From Ruminococcus albus 7 = DSM 20455 (GTDB taxonomy: Bacteria; Bacillota; Clostridia; Oscillospirales; Ruminococcaceae): a DNA stretch of 32,000 nucleotides. Below are positions 15,447 to 22,515 of the stretch, piece by piece; position 1 is the stretch's first letter, and every line of letters starts with the position of its first letter. A model generated the notes under the pieces. That model did not search any database, was not told the DNA's origin, and was given only the letters and a program-made list of their open reading frames with translations. Made by a program: the position numbers and the translations under genes. Location of the stretch: positions 1,770,001 through 1,802,000 of the forward strand of contig NC_014833.1 in the NCBI RefSeq assembly GCF_000179635.2, written 5' to 3'.

Positions 15447-15475
15447 ATTATATCACATGAAAGCAGGAAAGACAA
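15447..15475 (-). promoter_or_regulatory. sigma-70 type promoter for the second sigma/anti-sigma operon
   Basis: On the minus strand, TTGTCT (15475-15470), 17-bp spacer, TATAAT (15452-15447), with TGa as an extended -10. Confidence 0.55.
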
Positions 15476-15545
15476 TACAATGCAGCGCATCAAAAAAATC
15501 ATTGTCCTTCTCTTAACTTTGATAATAAACTCAAAACCTAAATAT

Positions 15546-15585
15546 ATCAGCACTTTGATCCCGGCAAGATCAGAGTGCTGATTTT
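15546..15585. terminator. hairpin with flanking T/A tracts (terminator or insulator)
   Basis: ATCAGCACTTTGATC / GATCAGAGTGCTGAT (15 bp, one G-U pair), 7-nt loop. TTTT follows on the plus strand and ATATATTT on the minus strand. Confidence 0.5.
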
Positions 15586-15683
15586 CATAGGTACATCAGG
15601 CACACCGCTACGGATGTTATACGTCATAAGCTCCTATGTTTATGAGTATGGTTATCTGGTGCGCGATCTGTATGTAAAATACA

Positions 15684-15724
15684 AGACCTGCTATGTTTTA
15701 TATTCTCCCACAGCAGGTCTTTTT
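15684..15724. terminator. hairpin downstream of the flavodoxin operon
   Basis: AGACCTGCT / AGCAGGTCT 9-bp stem, 19-nt loop. TTTTT follows on the plus strand and TGTATTTT on the minus strand. It lies 60 nt past the flavodoxin stop. Confidence 0.45.
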
Positions 15725-15779
15725 GGTCATTGATAAATAATTACATATATATGATTCTATTTTATTATTCCATCAGGTT

Positions 15780-16244
15780 TTAATTCATATCTGCAAGTGC
15801 TCTGATATCCATATCCGACGGATTGACTTTGCCCTCAACGATCTCGGCATTCGGTGCGCTGTTTTTCAGATTTTCAACAGTCTTTCCGAAACCGCTGCCT
15901 CCCGATGTTGCAAAGAGAATGATCTTTTTACCAGAAAAATCACAGCTTTCAAGAAATGAATTGATGATCGTAGGGGCAATATACCACCATACGGGGAATC
16001 CTACATAGACGGTGTCATAAGCTGCAATATCAGCACTTTTGTCAGCAAGTTCGGGTCTTGAGCTGTGATCGCTCATCTCAATACTGCTGCGAGACTGCTT
16101 GTTCTGCCAGTTGAGATCTGCACTTGTGTAGGGAATAGCAGGCTTTATCTCGTAGAGATCTGCTTCTGCTGCTTCCGCCAGTTTCTTTGCAAGTCTGGCT
16201 GTGTTGCCGCTTGCTGAAAAAAACGCAACTAATTTTTTGCTCAT
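15780..16244 (-). CDS. flavodoxin-family protein
   Basis: 154 aa. N-terminal FMN-phosphate loop KKLVAFFSASGNTARLAKKLA and a WWY aromatic motif (GFPVWWYIAP). GGAGG lies 9 nt upstream of the ATG. Confidence 0.85.
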   Translation of the reverse strand: MSKKLVAFFSASGNTARLAKKLAEAAEADLYEIKPAIPYTSADLNWQNKQSRSSIEMSDHSSRPELADKSADIAAYDTVYVGFPVWWYIAPTIINSFLESCDFSGKKIILFATSGGSGFGKTVENLKNSAPNAEIVEGKVNPSDMDIRALADMN

Positions 16245-16259
16245 AGTTTATTACCTCCG

Positions 16260-16793
16260 TTATAATGATCTTCCTAATTTGTATGCTTGTTTGGGATAAA
16301 TGCTCGACGCTGTCATAGACGGACTTCCGCAGCCGTATCCCAGAACCATACCTTTATCCTCAAAATTTATATAGCGCACAAGTGTTTTGTAGTGTGCTGT
16401 CAGTGCATCAAATGTCCAGTCATCGGAATTCCAGGCAACTGTCAGAAGTGCCGATCTCAAATGTCTGCTGTTAAGACTGCTGTTGTATGCACAGAAACGG
16501 TCAAGCACTATTTTGAGCTGTGCGCTCATGCCGTAGTAATAAAGCGGTGTTGCAAACACCACCATATCACAGGAAAGCAGTGCTTTGCGGATACCCTCAT
16601 TATCATCACGCTGAACACAGTCGCCTTCGTAACCACAGGCAATACAACCGGTACATGGGTGGATATCTGCATGACAGACATCTACCACTTCGATATTGTG
16701 TCCGCTTTCCTCTGCACCTCTTCTGAAATTTTCGACAAGAATGCTCGTTGAGCCTTTTCGGTTAGGACTCCCCATCAGTATTACTATCTTCAT
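16260..16793 (-). CDS. NAD(P)H-dependent FMN reductase / iron-sulfur flavoprotein-like protein
   Basis: ORF-track entry 16260..16826 trimmed to ATG 16793 (GAGG lies 6 nt upstream). MKIVILMGSPNRKGST flavodoxin-like fold. Compact Cys cluster CTGCIACGYEGDC (CX2CX2CX5C), as in Isf-type 4Fe-4S flavoproteins. Confidence 0.82.
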   Translation of the reverse strand: MKIVILMGSPNRKGSTSILVENFRRGAEESGHNIEVVDVCHADIHPCTGCIACGYEGDCVQRDDNEGIRKALLSCDMVVFATPLYYYGMSAQLKIVLDRFCAYNSSLNSRHLRSALLTVAWNSDDWTFDALTAHYKTLVRYINFEDKGMVLGYGCGSPSMTASSIYPKQAYKLGRSL

Positions 16794-16801
16794 TCTGTAC
16801 C

Positions 16802-16999
16802 TCACTTTTCTTTGAACTGTAAACATTGTTCTTTTTGCGTGATCTCAGACAGCACATACCCCACAAGCACAAAGAACATCAGTATTGCAAGGTCTTGCAG
16901 GATCATCTCCTTTAAACTCATGGTCTGATAAAGCTTTTCACAGGCATTAACGATCTCTTCTCTGCGTGAAGCGGTAAGTTCGGGTGAACCCTTTGGCAT
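16802..16999 (-). pseudogene. TetR/AcrR-family N-terminal fragment (65 aa; ligand-binding domain missing)
   Basis: MPKGSPELTASRREEIVNACEKLYQTMSLKEM looks like helix 1-2 of a TetR DNA-binding domain. The ORF then stops at 16802, only 8 nt before the next gene's ATG. About 130 aa of a normal TetR are absent. The RBS is weak. Confidence 0.4.
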
Positions 17000-17070
17000 T
17001 GTACATTCTCTTTTTATAGTGCGGATTGAATTTACAATCGTAAATGCTGTTTATTGTGAATCAGCAATAT

Positions 17071-17125
17071 TATTCTGACATTGTGTCACTATAGATATTA
17101 TAACACTATTCTGACACTGTGTCAA
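17071..17125 (-). promoter_or_regulatory. consensus promoter overlapped by two palindromic operators
   Basis: On the minus strand, TTGACA (17125-17120), 17 bp, TATAAT (17102-17097). Palindromes are TGACA-ctg-TGTCA (17112-17124, covering the -35) and TGACA-ttg-TGTCA (17076-17088, just after the predicted TSS). Each is embedded in the 18-nt direct repeat TATTCTGACAyTGTGTCA, 36 bp apart. A related TGATA-ca-TATCA lies at 17183-17194. Confidence 0.65.
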
Positions 17126-17332
17126 TATATTGCGATGAATTTTTCTATTTTCGGCAATACATACAAAACGTTAATATTATTCTGATACATATCACACAAA
17201 GGTATTCTGTAACAAGAATACTATCCCAAAAGGAAAACGGCACATAGAGTGTTCTACGTGCCGCTTTATCGTATTTGCTGATATCATTCTGTCCATAGTA
17301 ATTGATCATATATAACCGATCGTGCAAATAAC

Positions 17333-17361
17333 TGGACAAAGTAATTTATCCGTGATATAAT
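17333..17361 (+). promoter_or_regulatory. sigma-70 type promoter
   Basis: TGGACA at 17333-17338, 17-bp spacer, TATAAT at 17356-17361, with TGa as an extended -10. Confidence 0.55.
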
Positions 17362-17433
17362 ATGGAAATGAATATCCGATCAACCGAGTACTTTTTGTGA
17401 AGTATGGCTGATATAAAGGAGGAGAAAACATTA

Positions 17434-18792
17434 ATGGGAAACTTTTCAAATACAGTGCATTTTAAAATCAAGGACAAAGAAAAATTTATCAAAGGTATCA
17501 ACGCATATATGAAAAAGAAAGGCTTCGTGCCATGTGATGACGATGAAGCCGTGAAAACTTATATCATTGCGTTATCTGTTGATCAGCAGTGGGCAACTCT
17601 TGCTGATATGGACAGCAGTGATGATTCAAGAGCGCTTTTTAATGATGCCAAAGCTATTTCAAAAAGCATGAAACTTCCGTGTATTACCGAGGAAGTAACA
17701 GACAGCGATATCGCAGTACTTGAACTCTTTGACAAAACAGGAGAGAGTGCAGATAGGATCGTTGTGGGCGATGGTGAGATCTACGGCATGGGAAATAATG
17801 AAATAAAGCCCGAATGCTGGAAACTATTGCTGAATAACAAAGCAGACATCGAAAAACTCATTGAGTTGACCGGTGAAAGTGATCTTTTGGCTGATGAAAG
17901 ACTTAGCAAAATATCATCGCTATTTGGCGTGGATATGCTTGCTGATAGTGATGAACTCGGCATAAGAAATGACGAAAGTATATTAAGACTCAGTTTTAAA
18001 AAGGCTGAAGAAAAAAAGCCAACATTAAACACTTTGTTTACTCAGATCTATGGTGAGGCACTTGAACCATTAGGCTTTAAAAAGCCAAAAGTTCGTATGC
18101 CGCTATACGTTCGTGTTATCAACGATGAGATCATACATATTGTCGGTATCCATGATATGAAATCGCATCTGGTGCCTTTTGGAGCGATCGCTACTGTTTA
18201 CCGCGAAGATCTTTGTATTGACCGTACATTCAGGCAAAACGAAATATGGTATAAAGATCTATGGGATTTCTATCATGAGTGGCATATAACAGACAAGCCA
18301 TTTGATAAGGGCGGATTTAAATACTATGCTGATTTTATGCCTTTATCAGACGCTGTTCAGAATTCATTGAATGAAACAATGACATGGATACTTCCTGTTC
18401 TGGATAATGTTAAAACGCTTAAAGATGTAGTAGATTATGATGCACGAACATTTAAAGAACATATTGCTATTATTTCATTGCCAATAAATGAATCTCTTGC
18501 TGCGCCATTCAGTGATACGGTTATCAGGTATATTTTAGATAATCCGCTAGCTGATCTTGAAAAGCGATACTCAGCTGAATTGAAACGTCGAAATGAAGCG
18601 AGCATACGAGCTTCACGTTCGCAGGAGAAAATATCACAAAATCTTTTAGAATTTGAACATCGATATAATGAAGCCCGCAAAAGAGTGCAGACATTTCTTG
18701 AAGATGAAGAAATACACAAGCAGACAATGGAAGAACTTGAAAGGAGAAAAGAGCATAACCTTGAATTACTCAGGAAATACAAGGTTTTATGA
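17434..18792 (+). CDS. hypothetical cytoplasmic protein with a charged coiled-coil C-terminus
   Basis: ORF-track entry 17404..18792 trimmed to ATG 17434 (AAGGAGGAG lies 9 nt upstream). 452 aa with no TM segment or signal peptide. The last roughly 80 aa are E/K/R-rich heptad-like sequence. I recognise no family. Confidence 0.7.
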   Translation: MGNFSNTVHFKIKDKEKFIKGINAYMKKKGFVPCDDDEAVKTYIIALSVDQQWATLADMDSSDDSRALFNDAKAISKSMKLPCITEEVTDSDIAVLELFDKTGESADRIVVGDGEIYGMGNNEIKPECWKLLLNNKADIEKLIELTGESDLLADERLSKISSLFGVDMLADSDELGIRNDESILRLSFKKAEEKKPTLNTLFTQIYGEALEPLGFKKPKVRMPLYVRVINDEIIHIVGIHDMKSHLVPFGAIATVYREDLCIDRTFRQNEIWYKDLWDFYHEWHITDKPFDKGGFKYYADFMPLSDAVQNSLNETMTWILPVLDNVKTLKDVVDYDARTFKEHIAIISLPINESLAAPFSDTVIRYILDNPLADLEKRYSAELKRRNEASIRASRSQEKISQNLLEFEHRYNEARKRVQTFLEDEEIHKQTMEELERRKEHNLELLRKYKVL

Positions 18793-18827
18793 TCTCCTGA
18801 ACGGATGCAGAACTTGTTTTATTCGGC

Positions 18828-20183
18828 TCACAGCGAAGTTTTTTCCGCTTTTCGATCGATACTTCTTTTGAACTGAACATATACTGCGAAACACATAATT
18901 ATCTGCAATACTGTAGAACACGGAGTTGCAAGTCCGATCAGGAACAATGAACCGCCTCCGAAGTGCTGCATCACGAATGCAACAGGTATCCTTACAAGAA
19001 ATGCACCTGCTATACCCTGTATCATTACGAAGCCGGTTTTGGCTATACCATTATAAAAGCCGATAAAGCAGAACAGGAAACAGGTCAGCAGACAGTCGAT
19101 AGCGTATGCTTTCAGATAGTCATAGGCAGCAGCAACTGTTCCGGGCTTGTTTGAGAATATACCTGCAAGCAGGTCTCCGCGGAAGAATGTCACAAAAAAC
19201 ATAACTACGCCAAAGAATACTGATACAGCTATTCCTGTTCTGAGTGTTTTTACAGCACGGTCATTGTGACCTGCACCATAATTCTGAGCAACAAATGCTG
19301 ACATCGATTGCATAAATGCAGCAGGGACGAGCATTATAAATCCACATACTTTCTGAGCAACACCTACTCCTGCTGATTCTGTCACGCCGATATTGTTGAC
19401 TATAGCAAGCATTACAAGAAAGGATATACCGACCAGAAAATCCTGCAAAGCGATCGGTGAACCTATACGGATAATATTCATAGCATAGTGATTTTCTATT
19501 TTCAGGTAAGTTCTGTTCAGCTCAAACGGCAATTCTTTCATTTTTATTATAAAAAACGAGATCACTACGCTGATAAGCTGTGCGATAACAGTAGCTATTG
19601 CAGCACCCGATGCTCCGAGATGCATTACCGATACAAAGAACAGATCTCCTATGATATTGAATACGCAGGCAATACCGACAGCTATCAAAGGTGTTTTGGA
19701 ATCTCCGAGTCCTCGGAATATACTTCCGAGAAGATTATAGGCTGTTATGATAAGAAAACCACCGCCGCAGATACGTATATAGCTTTTGGTAAGGTCAAAG
19801 GCTTCTTTTGGTGCCTGCATAACAAAGGCAAGTCCGCCTGCACCGATTATGCTTATCAGAGTGAATAATACACCTGTCAAAGCAAAAATAATTAGTCCTG
19901 TACCAATTATCTTAGAGGCTTCTTTAGGTCGGCCTTGTCCGATCTTCTGCCCGACAGCTACAGTGATGCCCATTGAAAAGCTGACTATCAGGTTTGTAAG
20001 GGTTTGTACTATCTGTGAACCTGTAGATACAGCTGAAACATCTGCGTCTGTGCCGAATCGTCCCACGACCAGCAGATCGACTGCTCCGTATAGCGACTGC
20101 AGGAACATAGCAAATAACACAGGCAGCATAAATCTCAACAGCTTCGGCAGTATCGCGCCCTCAGTAAAGTTATTGTTTTTCAT
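18828..20183 (-). CDS. MATE-family efflux transporter
   Basis: 451 aa, about 12 TM segments. Typical N-terminus ILPKLLRFMLPVLFAMFLQSLYGAVDLLVVGRFG and two internally related halves. GGAGG lies 8 nt upstream of the ATG. Confidence 0.92.
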   Translation of the reverse strand: MKNNNFTEGAILPKLLRFMLPVLFAMFLQSLYGAVDLLVVGRFGTDADVSAVSTGSQIVQTLTNLIVSFSMGITVAVGQKIGQGRPKEASKIIGTGLIIFALTGVLFTLISIIGAGGLAFVMQAPKEAFDLTKSYIRICGGGFLIITAYNLLGSIFRGLGDSKTPLIAVGIACVFNIIGDLFFVSVMHLGASGAAIATVIAQLISVVISFFIIKMKELPFELNRTYLKIENHYAMNIIRIGSPIALQDFLVGISFLVMLAIVNNIGVTESAGVGVAQKVCGFIMLVPAAFMQSMSAFVAQNYGAGHNDRAVKTLRTGIAVSVFFGVVMFFVTFFRGDLLAGIFSNKPGTVAAAYDYLKAYAIDCLLTCFLFCFIGFYNGIAKTGFVMIQGIAGAFLVRIPVAFVMQHFGGGSLFLIGLATPCSTVLQIIMCFAVYVQFKRSIDRKAEKTSL

Positions 20184-20197
20184 TTATATACCTCCAT

Positions 20198-20247
20198 AAA
20201 AAAGCCGGATAAAACCGCAGGCATTTCAGCCTGCGGTCTTATCCGGC
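20198..20247 (-). terminator. intrinsic terminator inside the MATE 5' leader (attenuator)
   Basis: On the minus strand, GCCGGATAAGACCGCAGGC - TGAAAT - GCCTGCGGTTTTATCCGGC (19-bp stem, one mismatch) followed by TTTTTT, then directly the SD GGAGG and the ATG. Confidence 0.8.
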
Positions 20248-20292
20248 ATTACATTTCCATCGAATGTTTTGCCCTCCGAACCGGCAGAACTT

Positions 20293-20321
20293 ATTATATC
20301 ACAACAGTTGCTGAAAGTCAA
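20293..20321 (-). promoter_or_regulatory. near-consensus promoter of the MATE leader
   Basis: On the minus strand, TTGACT (20321-20316), 17 bp, TATAAT (20298-20293), with TGa as an extended -10. The predicted TSS lies about 40 nt before the terminator stem. Confidence 0.7.
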
Positions 20322-20391
20322 GTCTTTGACCGGCTGAGATGTGCTTCATCATAAGCAAACATCTGCTTTTTAATTTTTTTACAAATACCTC

Positions 20392-20444
20392 TTGACAAAG
20401 TGTAACACAGCTGCTATAATTGTATACATAGTAGTTATACAATT
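20392..20444 (+). promoter_or_regulatory. consensus promoter plus inverted-repeat operator of the GntR-ABC operon
   Basis: TTGACA at 20392-20397, 17 bp, TATAAT at 20415-20420 (TGc). A perfect 9-bp inverted repeat AATTGTATA-N9-TATACAATT (20418-20444) overlaps the -10 and the TSS. Confidence 0.7.
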
Positions 20445-20511
20445 TAGACTTTGATGTTACAATCCGGAGTGTGCATCAAAGTGATATGACCACAAGGAGT
20501 GCACGAGTATT

Positions 20512-20886
20512 ATGAATATAAACATCAGCAACTCATCAGGTGAACCTATCTATTTGCAGATAGCGAACCAGATAAAGACGCTGATACTTGAAGGGAAGCT
20601 GGGAGAGGGTGAAGCGTTGCCATCAATGCGGCTCCTCGCTACGGAACTTCGTATCAGCTTCATGACGACAAAGCGAGCCTACGAGGAGCTTGAACGAGAC
20701 GGCTTTATCGAGTCGTATACGGGCAGAGGCTCTTTTGTAAAAGCGCAGAATTTAGAGATATATCGTGAGGAGCAGATCAAACGTGTAGAATCACTGCTTA
20801 TGGAGGCAGGAGATACAGCTCGTAAGGCAGGTATCACTATGGAGGAGCTACACGAGCTTCTTGACCTAGTAAATGGAGGAGAATAA
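20512..20886 (+). CDS. GntR-family transcriptional regulator, YtrA subfamily
   Basis: 124 aa. Winged HTH (PIYLQIANQIKTLILEGKLGEGEALPSMRLLATELRISFMTTKRAYEELERDGFIESYTGRGSFV) and a short helical C-terminus typical of YtrA-type regulators. Confidence 0.9.
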   Translation: MNINISNSSGEPIYLQIANQIKTLILEGKLGEGEALPSMRLLATELRISFMTTKRAYEELERDGFIESYTGRGSFVKAQNLEIYREEQIKRVESLLMEAGDTARKAGITMEELHELLDLVNGGE

Positions 20887-20887
20887 A

Positions 20888-21769
20888 ATGAATGAATATG
20901 AAAACGCCATAGAGTTACGCGGCGTAAGCAAGACTTATAAGGACTTTGGTCTGGAAAATGTCAGCTTTAAAGTTCCCAAAGGCTGCATCATGGGCTTTAT
21001 AGGACAGAACGGAGCAGGCAAGACCACTACTATACGCAGTATGCTGAATATCACTAAGATAAACAGCGGAGAGATAAGTCTGCTGGGGCTTGACCATGTA
21101 CAGAACGAAGCAGAGATCAAAAAGCGTATCGCTGTTGTATTTGACGATCTGCCATTTCATGATATGTTTACAGTAAAGGATATAGCAAAGATATTTGAGG
21201 GTCTGTATCCTGAATGGGACAATAATGTATATCTGTATTATTTAGATCTTTTTCAACTGCCTTACAAGAAGAAGATAGGAAAGTTTTCCAAGGGTATGAA
21301 AATGAAACTGCAGATAGCCTGTGCGCTGTCACATAATGCGGAGCTGCTTATAATGGACGAGGCAACAGCAGGTCTTGACCCTGTAGTTCGTGATGAGATA
21401 CTTCACATTTTTATGGAATATCTTCAGGACGGTGAGCGTTCTATCCTTATGTCATCGCATATCACTTCTGATCTTGAAAAGATAGCTGATATGGTCACAT
21501 TCATAGATAAGGGCAGGATACTGCTAACAGGCTACAAGGATGAACTGATCGAGCGACATGGTATCATAAAGTGCGGCTACGATAAACTGACAAAGATAGA
21601 TCCTGATGATATCGTCAGCATCCGTACCAATAACTTTGGCGCGGAGGTAATGGTGAATAATAAAGAGCAGGCTCTCAGCAAGTACAGTGACTGCATTATA
21701 GATCCTGCTAACATTGATGATATAATGCTGTTCTATGTTCATCGTTATGATGAGGAGTGGTTAAGATGA
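20888..21769 (+). CDS. ABC transporter ATP-binding protein
   Basis: ORF-track entry 20873..21769 trimmed to ATG 20888 (GGAGGAG lies 6 nt upstream, 1 nt after the GntR stop). Walker A GQNGAGKTT, signature FSKGMKMKL, Walker B LLIMDEATAGLD, H-loop SSH. Confidence 0.92.
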   Translation: MNEYENAIELRGVSKTYKDFGLENVSFKVPKGCIMGFIGQNGAGKTTTIRSMLNITKINSGEISLLGLDHVQNEAEIKKRIAVVFDDLPFHDMFTVKDIAKIFEGLYPEWDNNVYLYYLDLFQLPYKKKIGKFSKGMKMKLQIACALSHNAELLIMDEATAGLDPVVRDEILHIFMEYLQDGERSILMSSHITSDLEKIADMVTFIDKGRILLTGYKDELIERHGIIKCGYDKLTKIDPDDIVSIRTNNFGAEVMVNNKEQALSKYSDCIIDPANIDDIMLFYVHRYDEEWLR

Positions 21770-22515
21770 AAATGTACCGTTCTTTGATATACAGAAGTTT
21801 AAGGTTAAAGCGTACCAGAGACAGATTGTTTTTATTTTTGATACTGTTATTGGATGCTTTCTTTTCAGTGTTGTTTTTAGTGCCTGTTTCTGATCCGGCT
21901 AAAATGAAAGATCATATGCTGGTGTTCTGCGTCTTTTCTTTTATGCTTGCGATGCTTTGCGGTATGTTTGCGGGTGCAAATAACGGCGTTTACAGAATGG
22001 ATGCTAATACCGGCTGGAACCATTATATCCGCGTTCTTCCCCCGACACCTATGCAGCAGGCAGTAGCAGATCTTCTGATAAAGCTGATCTACATACTGAT
22101 CTACGGTACTATTATAATAGTATACTCACTCTTTATAGAAAATAATTTAGGTCAGCATCTGACGTGCTATGCGGTGAATATATTCCTGTTTTTCGCAACG
22201 CTCTTTGTGATCATTGATATTGTATACAGCTTTGTTGTCAGGTTCGCCCAAACCAGAGCACAGCTGGAGTTAATGGGTCTTGCTGCTATAGTATGCGCTG
22301 TGATCATAATAATCAAAGTTTGCACCATGGATTTTACTATACAAATGGATTCTCCTGTACCTTTCGGACATCCTTTATATGGTGACAGCTCGTACTTATT
22401 TGCATCATTTATTGCATCAGGCAAGGTAACTGCCGTTGCAGTATCATCCTTTGTGATCTCCCTTGGATCGTATTTTCTTACAATGTGGCGTTTGCACGAA
22501 AGGAGAGAACCATAG
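21766..22515 (+). CDS. ABC-2-type membrane protein (putative permease subunit)
   Basis: Trimmed to ATG 21766 (ATGA overlap with the ATPase stop; GAGGAG lies 8 nt upstream). 249 aa with about 6 hydrophobic segments. Confidence 0.75.
   Translation: MKMYRSLIYRSLRLKRTRDRLFLFLILLLDAFFSVLFLVPVSDPAKMKDHMLVFCVFSFMLAMLCGMFAGANNGVYRMDANTGWNHYIRVLPPTPMQQAVADLLIKLIYILIYGTIIIVYSLFIENNLGQHLTCYAVNIFLFFATLFVIIDIVYSFVVRFAQTRAQLELMGLAAIVCAVIIIIKVCTMDFTIQMDSPVPFGHPLYGDSSYLFASFIASGKVTAVAVSSFVISLGSYFLTMWRLHERREP

Noticed and set aside
15620-15738. 39-aa Tyr-rich plus-strand sORF (MLYVISSYVYEYGYLVRDLYVKYKTCYVLYSPTAGLFGH) between the two hairpins
   Set aside because: There is no SD upstream of the ATG, and it runs through a terminator-like hairpin. 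Nothing supports it beyond being open.
16287-16751. Plus-strand ORF of 154 aa
   Set aside because: It is antisense to the FMN-reductase/Isf-like gene, which has clear family motifs.
17145-17339. 64-aa minus-strand ORF upstream of the TetR stub
   Set aside because: It has no RBS and a Cys/Tyr/Ile-rich composition. It lies in promoter and operator DNA, spans a hairpin, and most likely is non-coding.
19488-20199. Plus-strand ORFs antisense to the MATE gene
   Set aside because: The minus-strand frame encodes a textbook 12-TM MATE protein with an SD. The plus-strand ORFs have no start context.
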